NCBI GenBank assembly: GCA_965224255.1
Contig: CBDCYO010000005.1
Span: 1,035,771 to 1,099,770, forward strand
Source of the DNA: Dehalococcoidia bacterium
Lineage (GTDB): Bacteria > Chloroflexota > Dehalococcoidia > UBA6926
DNA length: 64,000 nt
Direction: 5' to 3'
In this document: piece after piece, positions 1 to 8,891 of the stretch
Position numbering within the stretch: the first letter of the stretch is position 1
Layout of the letters: each line of letters starts with the position of its first letter
Notes under the pieces: model-generated
What the model saw: the letters and a program-made list of their open reading frames with translations, nothing else
Databases searched by the model: none
Told to the model about the DNA's origin: nothing
Translations under genes and position numbers: made by a program

Positions 1-2
1 TG

Positions 3-743
3 CTGCATCGGGCACTGACGGAGATGTACATTGGCGAGCCGGAGCCCCTGCGGGTCATCGCCTTTGCGATTGCGGAGGCTCGGCCGGAAGTGGTGGCGAT
101 GCGGAACGTGGGGGTATCGGCCTATCGCACGGCCAGAGAGGCGCGGACGGGGGATCGCATGGCGGCGGCGGCGCGGAGCGTCGCGCGGCTGGGGCGGCTG
201 TTGGGAGAAACACCCACATCCCTGGCACGGCGGGGACAATCCCTTGTGCCGGAGAACGGCATCGTCGTCACGTTGGGCCGCTCAGAAAGCGTTCGCGCGG
301 CCATTGCTCTCGCAGGAGACCGCATCACGGAGTCACGGACGATGACCCCGCAGTCCACAAACGGCGCGGAGGCTCAGTCGGCGTCAGACGTCAATGGGGT
401 ACTGGCCAACTGTGACACCGTTCTTCTAGGGTGCACGGCCTTTCTGGCGGATGGGTCGATGGCAGCGGACATCGGTACGTTGGCTCTGGTGGAGGCTGCA
501 ACGAAGCATAGTCCACCCATACCGGTGCACTTCTTCGCAGATACGCTCAAGTTGGCTCCATGGCTACCAGAACCACATGATGGTCACGCCGCCGCTGCCC
601 TGGACATCATTCCGCCGGAGTACGTCGATCACGTCATCACGGAGGATGGAATCCGGCGCCCCGGACAGCTGCTTCGCGCCGCGGCCGACTTGGCGAGCTG
701 GTGGCAGATGCTGGCAACGCCCGTCACGCAGGACGATGCGTAG
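3..743 (+). CDS. eIF-2B alpha/beta/delta (MtnA / ribose-1,5-bisphosphate isomerase-like) family protein, probably 5'-truncated by the window
   Basis: Frame open from nt 3. Motifs VVTLGRSESV, DTVLLGCTAFLADGSMAADIGT and DIIPPEYVDHVITEDG are typical of the IF-2B family C-terminal domain. Confidence 0.7.
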   Translation: MHRALTEMYIGEPEPLRVIAFAIAEARPEVVAMRNVGVSAYRTAREARTGDRMAAAARSVARLGRLLGETPTSLARRGQSLVPENGIVVTLGRSESVRAAIALAGDRITESRTMTPQSTNGAEAQSASDVNGVLANCDTVLLGCTAFLADGSMAADIGTLALVEAATKHSPPIPVHFFADTLKLAPWLPEPHDGHAAAALDIIPPEYVDHVITEDGIRRPGQLLRAAADLASWWQMLATPVTQDDA

Positions 744-751
744 ACACCACC

Positions 752-850
752 TCATGCCACCCTGAACGTCGCGCAGCAGCACCATGCCATTCTGAGCGGA
801 ACGAAGAATCCGCGCCTCCGAGCCATCGAAGGCGCGGGCACGCCATTCCC
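752..850. repeat. REP-like palindromic repeat cluster ((T/C)GTC/TGCC-ATTCTGAGCG...GAAGAATC type)
   Basis: atgccattctgagcggaacgaagaatc plus degenerate atgccaccctgaacg; same motif family as at ~26.0, ~36.0 and ~58.1 kb. Confidence 0.65.
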
Positions 851-877
851 ATGAGGCCATCTCAAGGCACTCCCTTT

Positions 878-906
878 TTGAACGACGTTTGAATTTCTGC
901 TAGAAT
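878..906 (+). promoter_or_regulatory. sigma70-type promoter of gyrB leader
   Basis: TTGAAC (878-883), 17-bp spacer, TGn extension, TAGAAT (901-906). Confidence 0.65.
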
Positions 907-912
907 GGAGGC

Positions 913-1080
913 GTGTTCGGTGGCGCATCCGGGAAGCAACGGCTGGTCCTGGAACGAACGCCCAGGCTGCGGGGAAAGTGGACGAGAAAGACGGCGATTC
1001 GCGAGACGCATAGGGACTGCGTACAGACGTTCATTTAGGCAGTTCATGGGCGCTTGTACGCACTGACCGGGTTGCCGCTC
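913..1080 (+). ncRNA. candidate structured RNA / 5' leader of gyrB
   Basis: Nested pairings: gcaac 936-940/gttgc 1071-1075; ctggtc 943-948/gaccgg 1065-1070; cgccca 959-964/tgggcg 1047-1052; ggctgc 965-970/gcagtt 1039-1044; tggacg 979-984/cgttca 1028-1033; apical hairpin 1006-1022. Confidence 0.4.
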
Positions 1081-1098
1081 TGTGAAGGGGTGATATTG

Positions 1099-3753
1099 AT
1101 GGCGGATCGGTCCGAACAGCGTGAATCAGTCTCTACGAGTGCAGCGAACTACACGTCACGGGACATCGAAGTTCTGGAAGGGCTGGAGGCGGTGCGTCGC
1201 CGCCCTAGCATGTACATCGGCTCCACGGATGAACGCGGGCTCCACCACCTGATCTACGAGATTGTCGATAATGCCGTCGACGAGGCGATGGCCGGCCATT
1301 GTGACCGCATCACCATCACGATTCTGGCAGACGGCTCAGCGCGTATTGAGGATGATGGGCGCGGCGTGCCGATTGATGAACATCCCCAGACAGGCCTGAC
1401 GGGCCTCGAAACCGTGATGACGACGCTTCACGCGGGAGGCAAGTTTGGCGGTGACGGGTACAAAGTGTCCGGTGGCCTGCATGGCGTCGGCGCGTCCGTC
1501 GTCAACGCCTTGTCAGAGAGTCTCCGCGCCGAAGTGCGGCGGGACGGCCAGATCCATGTGCAGGAGTACTCGCGTGGCAAGGCCCTCGCGCCGGTGGAGG
1601 CCATCGGCCCAGCGGACGCCACGGGCACGACGGTGTGGTTTAGGCCGGATCCAAACATCTTCACGCATGACACGTCCTTCGAATTCACAACCCTCGCCGC
1701 GCGCTTCCGCGAAATGGCGTATCTGAACCCCGGCCTGGAGATCTCGTTCGTTGATGAGCGCACAGCGAACGAGACGACGTTCTACTTCGAAGGCGGCATC
1801 CGCTCCCTCGTCCGCCACCTCAACGCCTCACGCTCCCCACTACACGACAACCCGATTTATGTTGAGCGGGAGGTTGATGGGACACGCGTCGAGGTCGCGC
1901 TCCAGTACAACGCTGGTTTCCAGGAGAACGTGTTCGGCTTTGCGAACTGCATCCATACCGTTGACGGCGGCACGCACCTGACGGGATTCCGCACGGCGCT
2001 CACACGGGTGATGAACGACTATGCGCGCAAGTTCAAGATCATGAAAGATGACATGCCGAACCTGCAGGGCGAGGATGTGCGCGAAGGCATGGCCGCAGTC
2101 ATCTCAGTCAAGCTGGCGGAGCCGCAATTTGAGGGTCAGACGAAGGGCAAGCTGGGAAACGCGGAGGTCAAGAATCACGTCGAGAGCTCGCTCGCCGAGG
2201 GGTTGTCCGCCTACCTGGAGGAGAACCCGCAAGAGGCGCGGCGCATCTTTGATAAGTGCCTGAATTCCGCCCACGCTCGTGAGGCGGCCCGCAAAGCACG
2301 TGAGATGGTGCAGCGGAAGGGCGCACTGGAGTCCACGACACTCCCCGGCAAGCTCGCTGACTGCTCTGATAAGAACCCTGACAACTGCGAAATCTTCTTG
2401 GTGGAAGGTGAGTCCGCCGGCGGTTCCGCCAAGGGTGGGCGTGATCGGCGCTTCCAGGCAATTCTGCCCCTCCGTGGCAAGATCCTCAATGTCCAGAAGG
2501 CACGGCTTGACAAGGTCTACGGGCATGAGGAGATCAAGGCAATCGCGTCTGCGCTCGGTGTCGGGTTTGGCGGCGTCAATGGTCACGTCAACGGGAACGG
2601 CGCCTCTGAAACGGACGAGGCTGATGGGGATATGGACGGGCTGGATCTCTCCAAACTGCGCTACAAGAAGGTCATCATCATGACGGACGCGGACGTGGAC
2701 GGCGCCCACATCCGGACGCTCCTCCTCACCCTGTTCTACCGCCACTTCCAGCCGCTGCTCCGCGCCGGACACATCTACATCGCGCAGCCGCCGCTCTATC
2801 GCGTTCAGATTGGCCGCAATGATATCCACTGGCTCTATTCCGACCAGGAAAAGAACGATACGTTGACCAACCAAGCCCTCACGGAGATGACAATCCGCGA
2901 GAACTCGGAGAAGGACGCGCCCATCGTCTACACCGAGGCGGAAGTGCGTGATATCCTCCCTTCCGTGCAACGACTCGTTCGCGCACTGACAGACCTACAG
3001 GCCAGCGGCTATGCGTGGCCGCTGCTGAGTGCCGCGGCACTCACCGTGCGCACTGGCGAAAGTGATCTGTCTTCAGAGGAAACCGTGATGCGGCTGATGA
3101 CGGCACTCGAGGAGATCAACACCGTCCGCATCCTGGAGTTCCACTACGACGACACGCCGGTGAATTTGCCGGCAGCGCCGGCACCAACGGACGCACAGCA
3201 GCCTCTGCTGCCGGAACTCGCAGAGCAACCCGAAGAGCAGGCCGTAGAGGACGAGGAAGATGAGTCGGGTGACCTCTCAGAGGCTGATAGCGCAACAGCG
3301 GCCGCCGTGACCAACACGACCTACCTGTTGATCCAAGACACGGAGAGTGGCCGCACCCTGCGGCTGGATCACCCGTTCTTTGACCAGGAGGCCGCGCAAC
3401 GGATGACGGAGCTCGCCACGGCACTCCGTTCCCATTTGCCAAAGGTTGGCACCGTCTACAAGCGGGAGCGCGCAGTGGGGCGGCTGAACTCTCTGATCGA
3501 TCTGGCAGAGATTGTCGAAGATGTATCCACGCGCGGCGTCGGCGTCCAGCGCTATAAAGGCCTGGGCGAAATGAACCCAATACAACTGTGGGAGACGACG
3601 CTCGATCCTGAGTCACGAACACTGTTCAAAGTTGAGATTGAGGACGCGCAAGCCGCCTCGGAGTTGTTCGAAATGCTGATGGGCGAAGAGGTGCGGCCAC
3701 GGGCAACATTCATCCGCGCCCACGCGCAAGAGGTCCAGAACCTGGACGTCTAG
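1099..3753 (+). CDS. gyrB: DNA gyrase subunit B with large insertion
   Basis: LEAVRRRPSMYIG, EIVDNAVDE, SGGLHGVG, EGESAGGS, PLRGKILN, MTDADVDGAHI, QRYKGLGEMNP. ATG 1099 follows GAAGGGG RBS. Confidence 0.97.
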   Translation: MADRSEQRESVSTSAANYTSRDIEVLEGLEAVRRRPSMYIGSTDERGLHHLIYEIVDNAVDEAMAGHCDRITITILADGSARIEDDGRGVPIDEHPQTGLTGLETVMTTLHAGGKFGGDGYKVSGGLHGVGASVVNALSESLRAEVRRDGQIHVQEYSRGKALAPVEAIGPADATGTTVWFRPDPNIFTHDTSFEFTTLAARFREMAYLNPGLEISFVDERTANETTFYFEGGIRSLVRHLNASRSPLHDNPIYVEREVDGTRVEVALQYNAGFQENVFGFANCIHTVDGGTHLTGFRTALTRVMNDYARKFKIMKDDMPNLQGEDVREGMAAVISVKLAEPQFEGQTKGKLGNAEVKNHVESSLAEGLSAYLEENPQEARRIFDKCLNSAHAREAARKAREMVQRKGALESTTLPGKLADCSDKNPDNCEIFLVEGESAGGSAKGGRDRRFQAILPLRGKILNVQKARLDKVYGHEEIKAIASALGVGFGGVNGHVNGNGASETDEADGDMDGLDLSKLRYKKVIIMTDADVDGAHIRTLLLTLFYRHFQPLLRAGHIYIAQPPLYRVQIGRNDIHWLYSDQEKNDTLTNQALTEMTIRENSEKDAPIVYTEAEVRDILPSVQRLVRALTDLQASGYAWPLLSAAALTVRTGESDLSSEETVMRLMTALEEINTVRILEFHYDDTPVNLPAAPAPTDAQQPLLPELAEQPEEQAVEDEEDESGDLSEADSATAAAVTNTTYLLIQDTESGRTLRLDHPFFDQEAAQRMTELATALRSHLPKVGTVYKRERAVGRLNSLIDLAEIVEDVSTRGVGVQRYKGLGEMNPIQLWETTLDPESRTLFKVEIEDAQAASELFEMLMGEEVRPRATFIRAHAQEVQNLDV

Positions 3754-3786
3754 CGCGTCACCCTGCCCGGACCTGCCCCGCGGACC

Positions 3787-4086
3787 ATGGCCATCGTCGT
3801 CGGTTCCACCGTTCTTGAACTGCGCCTGCCAGAGACAACGTCCCTCAAGGACAAGCGGCGGATCATCACCAGCGTCATTGAGCGCGTGAAACGTCACCAC
3901 AACGTTGCCATCGCAGACGTGGGTGCACGGGATGACCTGCGCACGGCTCTGCTGGCCGTCTCATCCATTGGCACCGGCGAGGCACGATGCCGCCGCACAC
4001 TGGACACCGTTGCTGACCTCATCTACACCTCACGCCCGGACGCGGAATTGATGCCACATTCAGTAGAGATCACGCAGGTGGGCTGA
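3787..4086 (+). CDS. DUF503 (YlxP-like) protein
   Basis: LELRLPETTSLKDKRRII..HNVAIADV signature; 99 aa. Confidence 0.85.
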   Translation: MAIVVGSTVLELRLPETTSLKDKRRIITSVIERVKRHHNVAIADVGARDDLRTALLAVSSIGTGEARCRRTLDTVADLIYTSRPDAELMPHSVEITQVG

Positions 4087-4215
4087 AAGCCGCCTATCAC
4101 ACCCCGCTGCGGAGTGACGGGGGCGGGGCGCGGGGTGATCTCTTTCACGGCTGAATGGCATTCACTGTATGATTCGCGCCATACTCGGATAAGAGACTGC
4201 AAGGGGAGTGCACGC

Positions 4216-4869
4216 ATGCCGATCCAGAGATTCGTCGTCGGACCGATGGGCAATAACACATACGTCGTTTTTGATGAGGCCTCGCGGGAAGCAGCAATCG
4301 TCGACCCCGGCAAGGGAACGGGGCCGGTGCTCGTGTGGGCACGATCGCACGAGCTGCAGCTCCGGTATGTGCTCAACACACACGGGCACTCTGATCACAC
4401 ATTTGACAACGGCATGGCCATGGAGGAGACGGACGCGGTCCTCATGATCGGCGAGCCGGATGAAGAGATGCTGGAGGCCTTGCGCACAGGGGATGGCTGG
4501 CTTGGGAGACCGGAATTTCCCTCACCGATGGCAGATGAATACCTAGAGCATAGGCAGGAGATCCCGCTTGGCGCGACGACTATCCGCGTGTTGCACACAC
4601 CCGGCCACACGCCGGGAAGCAGCTGCCTCCTCTATGAGGATTCCGTTCTCACAGGCGATACGCTCTTCCAGGGCTCCATCGGACGAACCGATTTCCCCGG
4701 CGGCTCATTTCCAGAGATCGTTCAGTCAATTGAAACGCACCTGTACACCCTGTCGCCGGAGACCCGTGTTCTGCCAGGACACATGGAGGTGTCTACGATC
4801 ATAGATGAGAAGCGCAATAATCCTTTCGTCGGTGAGGGAGCGCGCATCGACCCGTCGCAGTTCCACTAG
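4216..4869 (+). CDS. MBL-fold metallo-hydrolase (glyoxalase II-like)
   Basis: THGHSDH, TPGHTPGS, GDTLF..SIGRTDFPGG, PGH. ATG 4216 follows AGGGGAG. Confidence 0.92.
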   Translation: MPIQRFVVGPMGNNTYVVFDEASREAAIVDPGKGTGPVLVWARSHELQLRYVLNTHGHSDHTFDNGMAMEETDAVLMIGEPDEEMLEALRTGDGWLGRPEFPSPMADEYLEHRQEIPLGATTIRVLHTPGHTPGSSCLLYEDSVLTGDTLFQGSIGRTDFPGGSFPEIVQSIETHLYTLSPETRVLPGHMEVSTIIDEKRNNPFVGEGARIDPSQFH

Positions 4870-4891
4870 GACACACGGGGGAACGGTGGCT

Positions 4892-5134
4892 ATGGACATT
4901 CCTGTGAAGAATCCTGGCGACGCGGATTCACATCATCTTGACACCCTCAAGGCAGCGCACTTGCGCATCAACGCGCTTCGCGTGGATCGCGAACAGCCGC
5001 CTCAGACGTCAGGCGGCGTAGCAGATGCCAACGCGCAGGAGCTTGTGACGGCGATGAATCGGCTGATGACGCTAATCCGCCACGCGGTGCCAGAAGATCT
5101 CGCCGCGTTTGATGAGTGGCGCAGCAGGCTGTAG
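4892..5134 (+). CDS. small hypothetical protein
   Basis: 80-aa ORF between MBL gene and dnaJ, G-rich RBS, coding-like codon usage. Confidence 0.5.
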   Translation: MDIPVKNPGDADSHHLDTLKAAHLRINALRVDREQPPQTSGGVADANAQELVTAMNRLMTLIRHAVPEDLAAFDEWRSRL

Positions 5135-5267
5135 CAGATGACGGCACGAGCGCGAATCCTGTCCAAATATGAAGTGTAGTATAAACTGGATGCATCGACT
5201 GACGGGCAACCGCGGAGTGTGCGGAGAGTACGCGGCGGCCTGATTGATCAGTGCCAGTAGTACTGCC

Positions 5268-6416
5268 ATGACAACGAATAAAAAAGACTACTACGACGTT
5301 CTGGAGGTATCCCGTGATGCCTCCGCAGAGGACGTGAAGCGGGCGTTTCGTCGCCTCGCCTTTGAACACCACCCTGACCGGAATCGCTCCTCCAACGCCG
5401 AGGATCGTTTCAAGGAAATCAATGAGGCATACGAGGTTCTGCGTGACGAGCGCAAGCGCTCCGTCTATGACCAATTCGGCCACGCGGGGCTCAACGGGTC
5501 GGAAGGGTTCGCCGGCGGTGACGCGTTCTCCGGATTTGGCGGGTTTGGGGACATCTTTGATGCCTTTTTCGGAGGAATGCGCGGACGGCAGGCCCGCCGC
5601 GGCGGGCCACAACGTGGCGATGACCTCGCCATGCGCCTGCGCCTGCCCTTTGAGGAAGCCGTGCGGGGAACGGAGAAGGACATCCGCGTCCCCCGCAATG
5701 AAGTGTGCCAGACGTGCGCAGGCGCAGGAACGGAGCCGGGGACTCGGCCGGAGGCGTGCACGTTGTGCAATGGGTCCGGTGAAATTCGGCGCAGCCAACA
5801 AAGCATATTCGGGCAATACGTGAACATCAGCCCCTGCAGCCGCTGTCACGGTGACGGCACGTTCATTGCCCATCCCTGCGCTACATGCCGGGGCGCGGGG
5901 CGCACGAGGCAGCAACTCTCTGTTCGCGTGACGGTGCCGCCGGGAGTCGATTCCGGCAATCGCATCCGTCTTGGCGGCGAAGGGGAGGCCGGCATGAACG
6001 GCGGCCCGCCCGGCGATCTGTACATTGAGGTCGACGTCGCCCCGAGCCCTGTATTTGAGCGGGAAGGGAAACACATCTTCCATCCTGTGCCGATCAACAT
6101 CGCCCAGGCGGCGCTTGGCGCGGAGATCACGATTCCAACCCTGGAAGGCGATGAGCCGTTCTCCCTACCGGCCGGCGTGCAATCTGGTCAATCGTTCCGT
6201 CTCCGTGGGCGTGGCGTGTCCGATCCAAAGAACTCGCGAGCCCGGGGCGATCTCTTTATCGTTACCGCTATCCATGTCCCCCAACGCCTAACAGATGAAC
6301 AGCGCGCCCTGCTAGAGCAGTTATCCTCAACGCTCCCCGACACCCCGGAGGCCGGGCAGGACGGCGAGCAAGAGGGCGGGGGCTTTATGGACTGGATCAA
6401 GAACACGTTCCGCTAG
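5268..6416 (+). CDS. dnaJ: chaperone DnaJ
   Basis: J-domain with HPD, G/F-rich region, four CxxCxGxG repeats. Confidence 0.97.
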   Translation: MTTNKKDYYDVLEVSRDASAEDVKRAFRRLAFEHHPDRNRSSNAEDRFKEINEAYEVLRDERKRSVYDQFGHAGLNGSEGFAGGDAFSGFGGFGDIFDAFFGGMRGRQARRGGPQRGDDLAMRLRLPFEEAVRGTEKDIRVPRNEVCQTCAGAGTEPGTRPEACTLCNGSGEIRRSQQSIFGQYVNISPCSRCHGDGTFIAHPCATCRGAGRTRQQLSVRVTVPPGVDSGNRIRLGGEGEAGMNGGPPGDLYIEVDVAPSPVFEREGKHIFHPVPINIAQAALGAEITIPTLEGDEPFSLPAGVQSGQSFRLRGRGVSDPKNSRARGDLFIVTAIHVPQRLTDEQRALLEQLSSTLPDTPEAGQDGEQEGGGFMDWIKNTFR

Positions 6417-6434
6417 TATCGGGAGGGCGGGGAA

Positions 6435-6953
6435 ATGAACGGTGTTGAGGTACTGACTCGAGAGATGCGAGAGATTCAGGGCAGCCTCCTGCGGGAGTTG
6501 GAACCGCTGACGGAGGAGCATATCTACTACGCGCCCGTCCCGGGGGCCACGACAATCGCCTTCATCGCTTGGCACATCACACGAGCGCTGGATGAGGCCG
6601 TGAGTGCCACCATCCCAGTGGACGCCAGGCCGACCATCTGGCTATCGAAGGGATACACGGAGCGCTTCGGCCAGGCACACGATGTTCAGGGAACTGGCTT
6701 TACCGCGGAGCAGGTCGCAGACTTTCGGCCAAGCCTCGCGCTACTGCGTGAGTACGCCACTGACATCGGCCCGACCATACCGGCGGCATTCGAGGGTGTC
6801 ACAGATAACGATCTGGACAGGGTGATGGATCCTGAGCGGCCCGATCGCACGCTGGCCCGTCGGCTTCAGACATTTGTCATCGGGCACACCTTCTACCATT
6901 TGGGCGAGATTCGTTATCTCAAAGGCATGCAAGGTATGCCCTTCGCGCTCTAG
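6435..6953 (+). CDS. DinB/YfiT family metalloprotein
   Basis: TIAFIAWHI ... GHTFYHLGEI three-His pattern. Confidence 0.8.
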   Translation: MNGVEVLTREMREIQGSLLRELEPLTEEHIYYAPVPGATTIAFIAWHITRALDEAVSATIPVDARPTIWLSKGYTERFGQAHDVQGTGFTAEQVADFRPSLALLREYATDIGPTIPAAFEGVTDNDLDRVMDPERPDRTLARRLQTFVIGHTFYHLGEIRYLKGMQGMPFAL

Positions 6954-6964
6954 ACGCGTCCGGT

Positions 6965-7807
6965 ATGGCTGTCTCATTTCCACAGTCTGCCAGCGGCCCC
7001 ATGGCACAATCGCCCGGACCCTATGACGCGCCAACGCCCCGTTGGTTCTACATCCACGACGATATCTCTGCTCTGGTCAGTGACGTCTTTGGGCCTGATT
7101 CCATCGTTGCCGCCCGCGTGTCTGAGCTTTTTCGTCTCGTCGCAGGCCGCGAGCCGGAGCGGGTACGTGTGCTAACGGCAGACGAGCAGATCGAAGCACT
7201 TATCGCATCCGCGCAGCATAGTGTGAGCCCCTTCGCCTTGACTCTCGGCATCGGGACGGCAGGAGAGCGCGTTGCCCAACAGATTAATGAACGCTCCGGG
7301 TGGTTTCCGCACATTCACCGCATCGATATGGCGCGGCAAGAGGACGGCCGTGGGGGTTATACGGTTGTCAGCACGTCATTGTCACCGCTGGAGGATCAGC
7401 TCACCGGACTCGAGGAGGCGCAGTCCATCGCCGTCGTCGATGACACCATTTTCTCAGGTATTACCATGCAGGCGGTGCTGACGGCGCTGCCGCGCGGGGC
7501 GCTGCAAAAGACACGCGCGTTCTGCCTGCGGTGCGTGGGAGAGAGCCTGGAGGCAGTTCGGAAGCTCTGCCCCGTGTCAGCCGGATTCCAAGCTGAGGGG
7601 CACATTTTAAAGGACGTCAGTTTCATCAATGCAAGCGGCCTGGTCACACGGGTTGGCATCAGGCAGCCAGGCGGTCGATCCATGGCCTTCTTTGAGAGAC
7701 CGGAGTGGATCCATGCCTGGTTTCCAGGCTACGGCGATGAGGTGATCACGTTGGCGCGCGGGCTCAACGAATTCCTGGAACCGGAGGGCGGCGAGACGCT
7801 GTGGTAA
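6965..7807 (+). CDS. type I phosphoribosyltransferase-like protein
   Basis: PRPP-binding loop IAVVDDTIFSGITM. Confidence 0.65.
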   Translation: MAVSFPQSASGPMAQSPGPYDAPTPRWFYIHDDISALVSDVFGPDSIVAARVSELFRLVAGREPERVRVLTADEQIEALIASAQHSVSPFALTLGIGTAGERVAQQINERSGWFPHIHRIDMARQEDGRGGYTVVSTSLSPLEDQLTGLEEAQSIAVVDDTIFSGITMQAVLTALPRGALQKTRAFCLRCVGESLEAVRKLCPVSAGFQAEGHILKDVSFINASGLVTRVGIRQPGGRSMAFFERPEWIHAWFPGYGDEVITLARGLNEFLEPEGGETLW

Positions 7808-8805
7808 CCAACCACGATGGATCAAGAAAATCCCACTACCGATTGGATGTTCATCGCGCAGGAACGACATTTGATGAGGCGCTGGCTGAAGATACTCGCG
7901 CCGGTCTCACCGGCAATGTGAAATCGCTCCCACCAAAATACTTTTACGATGCGGAAGGCTCCGCCTTATTCGACCGGATCACGACACTGCCGGAGTACTA
8001 CCTGACCCGGACGGAGAAGGCCATCATGACAGGGTATGCGCCGGCGTTGATGGCGGAGATTCAGCCAGCAGAACTGCTCGAACTGGGAGCAGGAACGTGT
8101 GCAAAGATTCGATGGCTCATGAATGCACGCAACGGGGCGTCCTCATCTCGCCTGCGTTTTCTCCCATTTGATGTTGATGAAAAAACAGTCGCCGATGCGG
8201 TGCCTGGTCTTCTGGAGGACTATTCCTTCCTGGACGTGCACGGCGTTATCGGCGACTTTCAGGGTGATCTGCACCACATTCCCCCGCCCAGGGGACGGCG
8301 CCTTGCCGTCTTCTTCGGCAGCACGATCGGCAACCTGCACGCAGATGAGCGCCTCAGTTTACTCACAGATTTGGCCAGCATTCTGGGCAGAGGCGACTAT
8401 TTCTTGCTAGGCGTGGATCTAGTGAAGGACACCAAAACGCTGGAAGCTGCCTACAACGATAGCGCAGGGGTGACGGCCGCCTTCAACCGCAACATCCTAC
8501 GCGTATTGAATCGCCACCTGGGAAGTGACTTTGATCCGACTGCGTACGCGCATCATGCGTACTTCAATCAGGCTGCGAGTCGAATTGAGATGCACCTGCG
8601 GCCTTCCACGCAGCAGCGCGTTAGCATCACAGCGCTCGGAATCGACATCACAATCACGCCGAACGAGACGATCTGGACGGAGAGTTCCTATAAATTCACG
8701 CGGGACGGGGTCAGTGAGATGCTGTCGAGAGCCGGCCTGCCCCTCGTGGACTGGCGTACGGACCCCCACAACATGTTCGCCTTAGCGCTGGCGCAGAAAG
8801 CCTGA
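7801..8805 (+). CDS. egtD: L-histidine N-alpha-methyltransferase (hercynine synthase)
   Basis: LPPKYFYD..GS.LF..IT.LPEYYLTRTE, FFGSTIGN, YNDSAGVTAAFN, RIEMHL, TESSYKF. Confidence 0.92.
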   Translation: MVTNHDGSRKSHYRLDVHRAGTTFDEALAEDTRAGLTGNVKSLPPKYFYDAEGSALFDRITTLPEYYLTRTEKAIMTGYAPALMAEIQPAELLELGAGTCAKIRWLMNARNGASSSRLRFLPFDVDEKTVADAVPGLLEDYSFLDVHGVIGDFQGDLHHIPPPRGRRLAVFFGSTIGNLHADERLSLLTDLASILGRGDYFLLGVDLVKDTKTLEAAYNDSAGVTAAFNRNILRVLNRHLGSDFDPTAYAHHAYFNQAASRIEMHLRPSTQQRVSITALGIDITITPNETIWTESSYKFTRDGVSEMLSRAGLPLVDWRTDPHNMFALALAQKA

Positions 8806-8891
8806 CGGAGGGGGGTCCGCGCACACCTCCACTGCAGTCGGCAGCTCTGGTCCTCACCCAATCTGAGTGTGTAGTGGGCGCGTGGTGACCG

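Noticed and set aside
2850-3540. Intein in GyrB
   Set aside because: No HN-C/S/T splice junction or LAGLIDADG motifs seen.
4084-4140. Sec read-through of the DUF503 TGA (hairpin follows)
   Set aside because: The protein is already family length; the hairpin is more simply an intergenic structure.
2104-6083. Long antisense ORFs (e.g. 2104..2970, 4968..6083) and similar ones throughout the window
   Set aside because: In-register shadows of GC-rich genes with no motifs of their own.
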